Source of the DNA: Pandoraea sp.
Lineage (GTDB): Bacteria > Pseudomonadota > Gammaproteobacteria > Burkholderiales > Burkholderiaceae
DNA: 64,000 bases
NCBI RefSeq assembly: GCF_041919235.1
Contig: NZ_JAYRUC010000022.1
Coordinates: 22,138-86,137 of the forward strand
Direction of reading: 5' to 3'
Each line of letters starts with the position of its first letter. The stretch's first letter is position 1. The notes under the pieces are model-generated. The model did not search any database. It was not told the DNA's origin and worked only from the letters and a program-made list of their open reading frames with translations. The position numbers were made by a program, and so were the translations under genes. Of this stretch, positions 49,842 to 58,017 are shown in pieces.

Positions 49842-51089
49842 ATGGCATTAACAGACGCTGAAGCTCGCACAGCGAAACCAACGCAAAAAACGTATCGACT
49901 TGCCGACGCCAACGGCATGTATCTCGAAGTCTCCCCCGGCGGCGCAAAGTACTGGCGATGGAAATATAGATTCGCCGGGAAGGAAAAGCGTCTAGCGCTG
50001 GGTCTGTATCCGAATGTCTCCCTAGCAGAAGCACGACGTGCCCGAGACGAAGCTCGGATGCAACTTGCTGACGGCATAGATCCGGGTGAAGCGAGGAAGG
50101 CGGAGAAACGCACCGCTCGCCTGAATTCTGAGAATTGCTTTGAAGCCGTAGCTCGCGAGTGGCACGCTAGATATGCGCCGAACTGGACTGACGGTTACGC
50201 GCAGAAAGTTCTGCGACGACTATCGCTGTATGCATTTCCATGGCTTGGTGGACGTCCGATTGCGGAGTTGGAAGCCGTGGAGGTATTGGACGCGTTAAGG
50301 CGCGTGGAGAAGCGCGGCAAGCTGGAAACTGCGCATCGTCTTCGAGTCAACATCGGTCAAGTGATGCGGTACGCGGTTGCCACAGCACGAGCCAAGCGCG
50401 ATGTAACGGTAGACCTGCGCGGCGCCCTGGCACCGATCCAGACAACGCACTTCGCGGCCATTACAGACCCCACCGAGCTTGGCCACCTTCTTCGAGCTAT
50501 AGACGGCTACACGGGGACATTCCCGGTGCTCTGCGCGCTCAAGCTTTCTCCCCTCCTCTTCCAGCGCCCCGGCGAGTTGCGACAAGCTGAATGGATTGAA
50601 TTCAACCTCGACTCGGCTACGTGGGAAGTGCCAAGCATTCGAATGAAGCGAATAAAGTCCGCGAAGCTCCGGGGAGCAGCGCATATCGTCCCGCTGCCGA
50701 GTCAGGCAGTCACAATACTCCGCGAGCTTCAAGCTTTGACCGGCAGCGGAAGATATCTCTTCCCGAGCGCACGCACCGCAGAACGCCCGATGAGCGATAA
50801 CGCATTGAACGCAGCCCTGCGACGGCTCGGATATGACAACGAAACAATGACGGGGCACGGCTTTCGCGCGACCGCGAGAACTATTCTTGACGAGATTCTA
50901 AACGTCCCCGTGGTTGCAATCGAAGCTCAATTAGCCCACACAGTGCGTGACCCTCTCGGCCGCGCCTACAACCGCACATCGCACGTCCCACAACGTAGGG
51001 CAATGATGCAGCTATGGGCAGACTATCTTTGCAAATTGCGTGCAGGCTGTGCTCATGCGCCGGCGAATAATGACCAGCCAATTCGTTAG
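49842..51089 (+). CDS. int: P4-type tyrosine integrase (DUF4102 N-terminal + phage integrase domain)
   Basis: Starts MALTDAEARTAKPTQKTYRLADANGMYLEVSPGGAKYWRWKYRFAGKEKRLALG. Carries HGFRATARTIL and a downstream catalytic Tyr region. Confidence 0.95.
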   Translation: MALTDAEARTAKPTQKTYRLADANGMYLEVSPGGAKYWRWKYRFAGKEKRLALGLYPNVSLAEARRARDEARMQLADGIDPGEARKAEKRTARLNSENCFEAVAREWHARYAPNWTDGYAQKVLRRLSLYAFPWLGGRPIAELEAVEVLDALRRVEKRGKLETAHRLRVNIGQVMRYAVATARAKRDVTVDLRGALAPIQTTHFAAITDPTELGHLLRAIDGYTGTFPVLCALKLSPLLFQRPGELRQAEWIEFNLDSATWEVPSIRMKRIKSAKLRGAAHIVPLPSQAVTILRELQALTGSGRYLFPSARTAERPMSDNALNAALRRLGYDNETMTGHGFRATARTILDEILNVPVVAIEAQLAHTVRDPLGRAYNRTSHVPQRRAMMQLWADYLCKLRAGCAHAPANNDQPIR

Positions 51090-51186
51090 ATTTTTCATTG
51101 CAACCAAGGAAACTCCGTGATATACGGAAATATCAACTCATATTCACCGAAAGAATTAAAAAAATTTACGCTAGGGGATTTTCCGA

Positions 51187-52839
51187 ATGGCAACTCTGTC
51201 GAGTGAAGTAGCAATACCAATTCCAACTTTTGATAAACGTCAACAAGCCTCGAATCAATCATCTACCATAGGCTTTGCAATTCCGAAGCTAAAGGAGAGA
51301 TACACCGACGAGCTTGTCATCGCCCTTGTCGGTCCAGTGGGCTCAGGCTGCACCACCGTTGCCACGCTGTTAGCCGATACCTTCCAAAGGGAATATGCTT
51401 ACGCTGTCGAACGCTATAGGATGAGCGATTACATCGGCGAATACGCAAATTTGGTTGATGAGTCGGTAGATCCAAATCTTCAAGGGTCAGAGCGGGTACG
51501 CCACCTTCAGAAAGTGGGGGACAAACTACGAAAGACATTCGATCCCGGCTATCTTGCGGCGAAAGTAATCGAAAAAATTGCTGAAGTACGAGCACAGGTC
51601 GGTACAGCACAAACAGCAGAGGGCTTAGACGTAGCCATCAGTCAGCGAAGAGTCCACATAATCGATTCGCTCAAGAACCCTAGCGAGTTGCAGTTACTAC
51701 GGAGAACCTACGGAAACATGTTGTGGGTGTTCGGTGTTTTCGCGCCGGAATCAGTGAGAAAGGAACGGCTGGTCCACGCACAGAAGTTGGATCTGGCAAG
51801 TCTTGAATTGATAATTTCAACCGACTACAGTGAGGTTGGTGATCACGGTCAAAGTGTCAAAGACGTTTTCCACGAGGCAGATTTCTTTGTTCGGAATGAT
51901 AGGTCTACCGAAGAGGACGTTAAGAAGGCTTTGGGGCGGTACCTCGAAATACTTTTTGGCTATCCGGTACATACGCCGACTACCGACGAATCCGCTATGT
52001 ATGCTGCGCATGCAGAAGCATCAAAATCAGCATGTATGTCTCGGCAAGTAGGTGCCTCGATCACATCTGCCGCAGGGGAAATTATCGGGCTTGGCAGAAA
52101 TGACGTTCCGAGATTTGGAGGCGGATTGTATGGTGAGGATGCTTCGGGGCCAGACAATCGATGCTACAAATGGACAGGGAAATGCTGTCACAACGATCAA
52201 AAAAAAGAGGCTCTGTACGAGGAAATTGCAAAACGACTTGCTGACAGCGGCTTGCTTGCTAAGTCTGCGGATAAATCGGCTGTTATCAGCGAGCTAAAAC
52301 AGACTGCCGTAAAACAGCTAATCGAATATTCGAGAGCTGTCCACGCAGAAATGGATGCTATTGTCTCGGTTGCCCGATCGAACAAAGCAGGACTCAGTGG
52401 CGGCACTCTATATGCGACCACGTTTCCGTGCCACTCTTGCGCTCGACATATAGTTGCGAGCGGCATTGCACGCGTCTTGTACATCGAGCCATATCCGAAA
52501 AGCTTGGCCCTTGATCTACATCGAGACGCTGTTTCGGAAGACCAACACATGGCACCTGAAATGGTTGTGTTCTTACAGTACTCCGGCGTTGCCCCGAAAA
52601 ACATGCTGCCTTTGTTCAAGTCCAAGTTGACACGCAAGGATAGCGATGGAAAACTGCGAGAGTTCGACAAACGCACTGCATCCCCGTTAGTAGCTGTCTC
52701 GTTGGATGACTTCCCAACCCACGAGAAATACGTCATCGCGGAGTATGCAAAACATGAAGAAAATGCAAAGCAACAAAGACAGGCAACTCTCTTTGGATCT
52801 GGATCCTCAGATGCTGACAGCCCCTCCGCGCCCTCATGA
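51187..52839 (+). CDS. P-loop kinase-like / cytidine-dCMP deaminase fusion protein (DcdV-like anti-phage dCTP deaminase architecture)
   Basis: Walker A GPVGSGCT (aa 49-56). Zn-deaminase motifs HAE (386-388) and PCHSC (414-418). AT-rich relative to its surroundings. AGGGGA SD. Confidence 0.8.
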   Translation: MATLSSEVAIPIPTFDKRQQASNQSSTIGFAIPKLKERYTDELVIALVGPVGSGCTTVATLLADTFQREYAYAVERYRMSDYIGEYANLVDESVDPNLQGSERVRHLQKVGDKLRKTFDPGYLAAKVIEKIAEVRAQVGTAQTAEGLDVAISQRRVHIIDSLKNPSELQLLRRTYGNMLWVFGVFAPESVRKERLVHAQKLDLASLELIISTDYSEVGDHGQSVKDVFHEADFFVRNDRSTEEDVKKALGRYLEILFGYPVHTPTTDESAMYAAHAEASKSACMSRQVGASITSAAGEIIGLGRNDVPRFGGGLYGEDASGPDNRCYKWTGKCCHNDQKKEALYEEIAKRLADSGLLAKSADKSAVISELKQTAVKQLIEYSRAVHAEMDAIVSVARSNKAGLSGGTLYATTFPCHSCARHIVASGIARVLYIEPYPKSLALDLHRDAVSEDQHMAPEMVVFLQYSGVAPKNMLPLFKSKLTRKDSDGKLREFDKRTASPLVAVSLDDFPTHEKYVIAEYAKHEENAKQQRQATLFGSGSSDADSPSAPS

Positions 52840-52967
52840 GAAGTTGGTATCGTCATCCGTTGTGCGTTTCCCCACCAGCAGCTTGACGACGTCCTTCCAG
52901 CGGCATGTCATCAGCCAATTGGTTCGCACAAAGGTCATTGTTAAATAGGCCCACGACCGGAGATCTC

Positions 52968-52992
52968 GGAATGCACCAATTTTGTGCATTCC
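52968..52992. terminator. Perfect 9-bp-stem hairpin 129 nt after the deaminase stop
   Basis: ggaatgcac-caatttt-gtgcattcc followed by tctt. Confidence 0.6.
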
Positions 52993-53172
52993 TCTTAGTA
53001 GTCGTTGCGGCTGTATAGCTCCTCGCAGACCTCACCGTTGCGCCGTAACAACGTGTGGTACCTGCGACACAAGCATTCCGCTATCGGATATCGCCCCACA
53101 TTTGTTGAATAACCGGCCGTTCGCTCTACGCCCCCCTGCTTCTCCACCACCTGTCGTAAACCTTCCCTGCTT

Positions 53173-53451
53173 TTATCCAGCCTTCCTTATGGTCTGCAAG
53201 TCCCGAGCAATTCGCGCTAGTGTGGGCGAGGTGTGGCCGTTCGCCTCGTCCGTCTTCCCGGTCATCAGCCAATAAGCGTATTGGGGCCACACATTTCCGA
53301 GCGCTTCGAGCATGTCATCGCTTGCTCGCTGCTGTCCCCGAACTACGTTTTGCCAACGTCGTCCGTTTATTCCTGTGCGAGCCTCCATGTCGACCCAAGG
53401 CCGACGCGGGTCAAGCTCGACGTCGGCTAACTCCTTAATTCGCCCTCGCAT
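53173..53451 (-). CDS. Phage CI/Cro-like HTH repressor
   Basis: 92 aa. Has a ...YAYWLMTGK... tail typical of CI-type HTH proteins. Divergent from the phage structural operon. Confidence 0.65.
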   Translation of the reverse strand: MRGRIKELADVELDPRRPWVDMEARTGINGRRWQNVVRGQQRASDDMLEALGNVWPQYAYWLMTGKTDEANGHTSPTLARIARDLQTIRKAG

Positions 53452-53485
53452 TTCGGACTCATCCCAATCCCAATTTCAACGCCAT

Positions 53486-53502
53486 CGACTAACATTTAGT
53501 CG
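53486..53502. promoter_or_regulatory. Perfect palindrome CGACTAA-CAT-TTAGTCG in the divergent promoter region (candidate operator)
   Basis: Read directly. Located between the repressor start (53451) and the first rightward gene (53574). Confidence 0.55.
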
Positions 53503-53573
53503 TTGGCACATTGATTTGTTGTCCATACTTTTTCTGCCGAATCACGCGACCGTTTCCATATGGAGTTTGGCGA

Positions 53574-54200
53574 ATGACCAGCAAACAAAAGCTCACCATC
53601 CTCGAAGTCACCCGACGTCAAGGCATATCCAGCAAGACTGGCCGTCCTTACGACATGCGCATCGCGGATTGCATCCTCTGGCAAACGACTAGCGAGGGAG
53701 ACGACTCCGTTGTCGGCTTGGTCACGCTTCCCGACGTACTCAAAGATTCGCGCGAAGGCGAATACCTCGCGGAATTCGCTTTCGGACGATCATTTGAGGG
53801 CCAGCTTGTCCCGCGCATTGTCGCGTTGCAGCCCTTCGGAGATGGTGCCAACCCTACTTCTCCAATCGAAAAACAGAGGGTCTCTATCATCAACGTTGTA
53901 CGACGCGAAGGCATATCCAGCAAAACCGGCCGTCCTTACGACATGCGTACTGCGCAATGCATCCTGTGGCCAAACTCGAGCGATGGCCCTCGGCGCATCG
54001 TTGGCACAATCACTCTTCCCGAGTTCGCCAAAGAAACCCCGAAGGGCGAGTACTTCGCAGAGTTCGCCATGACGCAGTCGATGGACTGTCACCTTGTCCC
54101 GCGCATTGTAGCGTTGCACCCCTACGTAAGTGACGCCCGCCCGACCGCTACTCCCAAGGCTACCGCCGCTGCGAAGGCTACCGCCACTGCCGCCGCATAG
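53574..54200 (+). CDS. Putative phage ssDNA-binding protein, internally duplicated (2 x ~96 aa) with an Ala/Thr/Lys tail
   Basis: The two halves align residue-for-residue (RRQGISSKTGRPYDMRIADCILW / RREGISSKTGRPYDMRTAQCILW). The function is assigned only from its position as first gene of the rightward operon. Confidence 0.6.
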   Translation: MTSKQKLTILEVTRRQGISSKTGRPYDMRIADCILWQTTSEGDDSVVGLVTLPDVLKDSREGEYLAEFAFGRSFEGQLVPRIVALQPFGDGANPTSPIEKQRVSIINVVRREGISSKTGRPYDMRTAQCILWPNSSDGPRRIVGTITLPEFAKETPKGEYFAEFAMTQSMDCHLVPRIVALHPYVSDARPTATPKATAAAKATATAAA

Positions 54201-54317
54201 CTTTGCCTAGCCTCACGTCGTCTATCTAAAAGACGACAACCTGTAGTTCTATCCGGCCCCCCGCCAGATTCTTTGCACCGTCACCGCTGACCGGCCGTGA
54301 TGGGATTGGGGGTTGCG

Positions 54318-54614
54318 ATGCTTCACCAACTGTCTCTCGACCTATTCGGCGGCTTCTGTCCCGCTCGAATCAAACAGCGGCGTACGCCTCGCCCTCTCCC
54401 GATTGCCTACCGCCCGTGGCGTCAACTGCGCCTCAAGCTGCCTCTGCGTCGCCTCATCAAAGCCGGTAAGGGCTTCATCTGGACGCGTCCCGACGGCGTT
54501 CAGTTCGTGTGCAAAACCATGCGCGCGCTCGTCGCCCGAATCATGGATTACGACGGCCACCTGCTGCCCGCGTGCATGCGCTCGGCCATGAGCCAGTCGC
54601 TCAAGCGTCAATGA
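54318..54614 (+). CDS. Hypothetical phage protein
   Basis: GC-rich third positions. GGGGG lies upstream of the ATG. No recognisable motif. Confidence 0.45.
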   Translation: MLHQLSLDLFGGFCPARIKQRRTPRPLPIAYRPWRQLRLKLPLRRLIKAGKGFIWTRPDGVQFVCKTMRALVARIMDYDGHLLPACMRSAMSQSLKRQ

Positions 54615-54639
54615 CAGCCGCAACCGTATAGGTCCCGAT

Positions 54640-54900
54640 ATGACAGCCCCCACTGACCTTATCAACCGCACCGTGACCGCCACTGACGGCACGTGCATGT
54701 GTATCGCCCGCATTGGCGGCGTTCGCGCGGATGACACCGAACGCTTCGGCCGCATGCTCGAAGCCGCTGCACTGCTTTACGAAACCGTACAGGTTCTCGC
54801 CGGTGCGCTCGACCTTGCCTATGAAGCGCACGAGTTACCGCAACCGGCTTGCTCAAAGTTCGCGTGGCAGATCCTCAACAACATCAATCGTGGGGGATGA
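54640..54900 (+). CDS. Hypothetical phage protein
   Basis: Coding-like codon bias. Its stop overlaps the next start. Confidence 0.5.
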   Translation: MTAPTDLINRTVTATDGTCMCIARIGGVRADDTERFGRMLEAAALLYETVQVLAGALDLAYEAHELPQPACSKFAWQILNNINRGG

Positions 54901-55172
54901 CAGTGAGTGAACAAGCTATTCGCGTACTGAGCTGCACACCTGCTCGCAGTGCGGCGGTGGTAACGCCGACAGACCGTCAACTGTGCCCGCCCGAGAACGG
55001 CCAGCTATTCGCAGTTACGGCCACACCGCCCTCGCCATCCCCCACAAGTGGAACACCGCTCGACATTCAACAAATGGCGGGCTTCTGGACATTGGCCTTC
55101 ACGATGGTCGTTGGACTGTATGTCGTGAGTGCCCATGTAGGCGCAGTTCTCGGCTTCATACGCCGGGGATAA
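54897..55172 (+). CDS. Small phage membrane protein (C-terminal TM, possible minor coat)
   Basis: ATGA coupling. C-terminal hydrophobic segment FWTLAFTMVVGLYVVSAHVGAVLGFI followed by RRG. Confidence 0.5.
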   Translation: MTVSEQAIRVLSCTPARSAAVVTPTDRQLCPPENGQLFAVTATPPSPSPTSGTPLDIQQMAGFWTLAFTMVVGLYVVSAHVGAVLGFIRRG

Positions 55173-55219
55173 GCCAGCGCGCCGGACGCACTCCGGTATT
55201 TACCAGTGAAGGAATCACT

Positions 55220-55474
55220 ATGAAATTCAAAAACATGTTGCAGAAAGTGAAGCACGCGGGCGCAGTCGTGAGCGTCGCCGTACTGAGTGCTGCCCCGATG
55301 TATGCGCGAGCCGAAGATGCTCAAGCGCTCGGGTCCGACTTTTCGCAATTGACGAAGGCGATCAGCCTCGGGGACATCATTGCCGTACTGATGGGCGTCG
55401 GTTCGCTGTTTGCCGGTGTGTACGTGACGATGAAGGGTATCGGTCTCGTCATTCGACTGATTCGCGGTAACTGA
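55220..55474 (+). CDS. Inovirus major coat protein (g8p-like)
   Basis: Signal peptide ending ARA. The mature ~53 aa has an acidic N-terminus, a hydrophobic core and a basic C-terminus (IRLIRGN). GAAGGA SD. Confidence 0.8.
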   Translation: MKFKNMLQKVKHAGAVVSVAVLSAAPMYARAEDAQALGSDFSQLTKAISLGDIIAVLMGVGSLFAGVYVTMKGIGLVIRLIRGN

Positions 55475-55601
55475 TCGAGCCACGGTGGGAAGCGATCCGG
55501 ACGCTTCCCGGCAGCAACTGCAAGGGCCAAATCAATCAAACCTAGTACTACGTTCTGAACGAAGGGGCCGTACTCACCAAACGCATTCATCGAGGTTTTC
55601 T

Positions 55602-55805
55602 ATGGATCAAAAGATGTTTGAGGACTTGCAAATTCTGATCTCCTACGCCGCGACACTGTCATTTATCGGCGGAATCTTTGGGGCGGTAATTGGCCAGTTC
55701 TTGATCGACGTTATGGACTGGCTGCGCAGAAGGTATGAGGCGCAGCGAAACGCAGACGGAAGTCCCACTGCGTGCCAAGAGCCTGCTCCAAAAAACGTTG
55801 CGTAG
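55602..55805 (+). CDS. Small phage membrane protein
   Basis: 67 aa with one TM (ILISYAATLSFIGGIFGAVIGQFLI). GAGG SD. Confidence 0.5.
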   Translation: MDQKMFEDLQILISYAATLSFIGGIFGAVIGQFLIDVMDWLRRRYEAQRNADGSPTACQEPAPKNVA

Positions 55806-55957
55806 TTGTCGATGCAACACGATGTCTTTCGCAATCCGCCAGCCCATCCGCCACGCCAAGGACTCCCAATGCCCGCACAAGAACTTTGGAATTTGATGTT
55901 TTTCGCGTGGGGCATCGCCTGCGGATGGGCTGTCGTTCAAGGCTTGAGGAGCATGTG

Positions 55958-57706
55958 ATGAAGAAGCTACTCATCGTGGCGCTCGGGTTCGCCTTTGTGA
56001 TCAGCATTGCAAACGAGGTCCGCGCCATTCCGCTTGCCGCTGCGTACTCCACGCTCGTCATGAACCAGTCGGTTGCATTGGTCACGCAAAAGGCAGTGCA
56101 ACGAGATGGGATTTCACCGGACGACGAGAGGCTCAACGCAACGTATAAGGCAATGGAGCGCGTTGCCACCGAACATGCCGAAACGTCGTTAGCTGAACGG
56201 ATGTACATCGCAGCCGGTGCACCTACGTGGTTTGGGCTTGCAGCAACGCTATTGGGGGCGCAACTCGGTGAAATCGCGGTCGGCAAGTTTAAGAACATGG
56301 ACGTGACCGTCACCGCCCCGTCCGCCAATGCAATCGAAGTCAAACGTAAGGTTGACGTACCGATCCCCGACCATCTGAAACCCTATGTCCCGCCGCATTA
56401 CCCGCCGGTTAGTGTTGTCGCCAGTGAGGGACCATGGGAGGCGATGGTAGCGGCCGGAGCCAGGGTATACCGCGACTCATCGTGCATGGCCGGTGAGCCA
56501 TGCGCAAAATTTCCCAAAGAGCCGTGGTCTTCCATGAGTCGCTTGGTCGACTGGTACTGGAGTTCATGGAGCGACATGACTGTCATTGCCCGCAGCCGTG
56601 AGCAGCTTGAGGAGTACTTGCGCATCTTCATGGAGGCAAAACTCCGCATCGGCGGGATAACCGCCAGAAACGTGCGCGTCCGAATTGCGGATGAACTCGA
56701 CGCTAATGGGGTGCCCGTAAAGACATGGGCCTATCGTTCGTATGAATATGAGAAGTGCGAACAGGTGCAGAAGACGGTCGTGGACGTTTCAAAGAAGGAA
56801 TGTCCAGATGTCGTAAAAGAATCACCGAATGCCATCGAGTGGCCTGCATGTACAAGAAAGGTCACGGAAGAGGTTTGCGCGTGGCAAGTGGCTCCGGAAG
56901 CGGATGGCTGGTCAGACGGATTAGCGCCCGGTCACATCCGTCCAGACGAGTTGGATATGAGCGGCTATGGCCTTCAGGAGCGGGCACGCACCTATAGCTC
57001 ATTGGATGAAGCATATGCGGACCTCTCCGATGAAGAGAAGCGGCTCGACGTAAATCCCAAGTTAGTTGCCGACGTCGCGAATGCCCTGGCCCACAAAGCG
57101 AGTCAGCAAAAGGACTATCGCGGCGTGCCGTACCGATTGACGTCACCCATTACCCCGCAGGACGTGAAGGAATGGGTCGAGGGAAAGGGGCGCGGGGCGC
57201 TTCCTCAGTTGATTGACGTCTTTTCTCGTCCCGCGCCCGCTTATGAGCGAGTAGTGCCAATTCACGTCACGATAACGCCGGACAGAACGTGGCCCGATAG
57301 TCGCGTCACGACTGGTGGCCGTGACGGTGATCGTGGCGGTGATCGAGAAAAGACGAAAGACGGACAATCGAAAGACGTCAATGTCGTCAACACTCCAGGC
57401 GTTTACGTCAAAAACCCAGTCGAGATCGATCTCGGACAAGCGCCCGACGTCGGCGCTCCGCCCCTCGAATCTGCGCCGACGGCAGAGATGATCTTGTCCC
57501 CCATTCTCGGGTTGCTGTCCGATTTTAGAAAATGGACAGTGCCCGCACATACCGGTAGCTGTCCGCGCCCGAGCGTCACGATATTTCAACGCGAAATCCG
57601 AATGGACTCGATGTGCAAACTCGCAGAAGAACAGCGGGTTGCAATTCATCGCGTGATGCTTGCAGCTTTCGTTCTCGCTGCCTTGTTGCTCGTGTTGTCT
57701 GCGTGA
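55958..57706 (+). CDS. Inovirus adsorption/minor coat protein (g3p-like)
   Basis: Signal peptide MKKLLIVALGFAFVISIANEVRA. Gly/Asp/Arg-rich linker (GGRDGDRGGDRE). C-terminal membrane anchor. Positioned after the coat gene. Confidence 0.7.
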   Translation: MKKLLIVALGFAFVISIANEVRAIPLAAAYSTLVMNQSVALVTQKAVQRDGISPDDERLNATYKAMERVATEHAETSLAERMYIAAGAPTWFGLAATLLGAQLGEIAVGKFKNMDVTVTAPSANAIEVKRKVDVPIPDHLKPYVPPHYPPVSVVASEGPWEAMVAAGARVYRDSSCMAGEPCAKFPKEPWSSMSRLVDWYWSSWSDMTVIARSREQLEEYLRIFMEAKLRIGGITARNVRVRIADELDANGVPVKTWAYRSYEYEKCEQVQKTVVDVSKKECPDVVKESPNAIEWPACTRKVTEEVCAWQVAPEADGWSDGLAPGHIRPDELDMSGYGLQERARTYSSLDEAYADLSDEEKRLDVNPKLVADVANALAHKASQQKDYRGVPYRLTSPITPQDVKEWVEGKGRGALPQLIDVFSRPAPAYERVVPIHVTITPDRTWPDSRVTTGGRDGDRGGDREKTKDGQSKDVNVVNTPGVYVKNPVEIDLGQAPDVGAPPLESAPTAEMILSPILGLLSDFRKWTVPAHTGSCPRPSVTIFQREIRMDSMCKLAEEQRVAIHRVMLAAFVLAALLLVLSA

Positions 57707-57713
57707 GGTCGCC

Positions 57714-58013
57714 ATGCCGCTATTCGCTATTCTTGTTGCTGCGCTTAACAGCGCCTTGGTATTTCTGCTGCGCTCAGTGCTGGTCAAATTCGGCACATTC
57801 TTCGCGCTATGGTTTATCACTACAGGCTTTATCGAGGTACTCCAGCGATCCGGTGTCTTGCCAAACGCGCGGGCGCTCGACAATGCATTCGGCGGCTTAT
57901 CGAGTGATATGTGGTACTGGCTCGACTTGTTTGCCGTTCCGTCCGGCATGCCCATCATCGTGGGGGCAGCGGCAACCCGCTTTATCATCCGGCGCTTGCC
58001 GATTATCGGGTGA
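57714..58013 (+). CDS. Inovirus minor coat protein (g6p-like, DUF2523-type)
   Basis: 99 aa, hydrophobic. Positioned between the g3p-like gene and Zot. Confidence 0.65.
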   Translation: MPLFAILVAALNSALVFLLRSVLVKFGTFFALWFITTGFIEVLQRSGVLPNARALDNAFGGLSSDMWYWLDLFAVPSGMPIIVGAAATRFIIRRLPIIG

Positions 58014-58017
58014 CGCC

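Noticed and set aside
49706-50113. 135-aa minus-strand ORF overlapping the integrase 5' end
   Set aside because: It is antisense to a very clear P4-type integrase, and part of it lies across the arm-site region.
54983-55219. N-terminal 79 codons of the 163-aa ORF that contains the coat gene
   Set aside because: This part overlaps the preceding ORF in another frame and has no SD. The ATG at 55220 has a GAAGGA SD and gives a canonical signal peptide plus a g8p-like mature protein.
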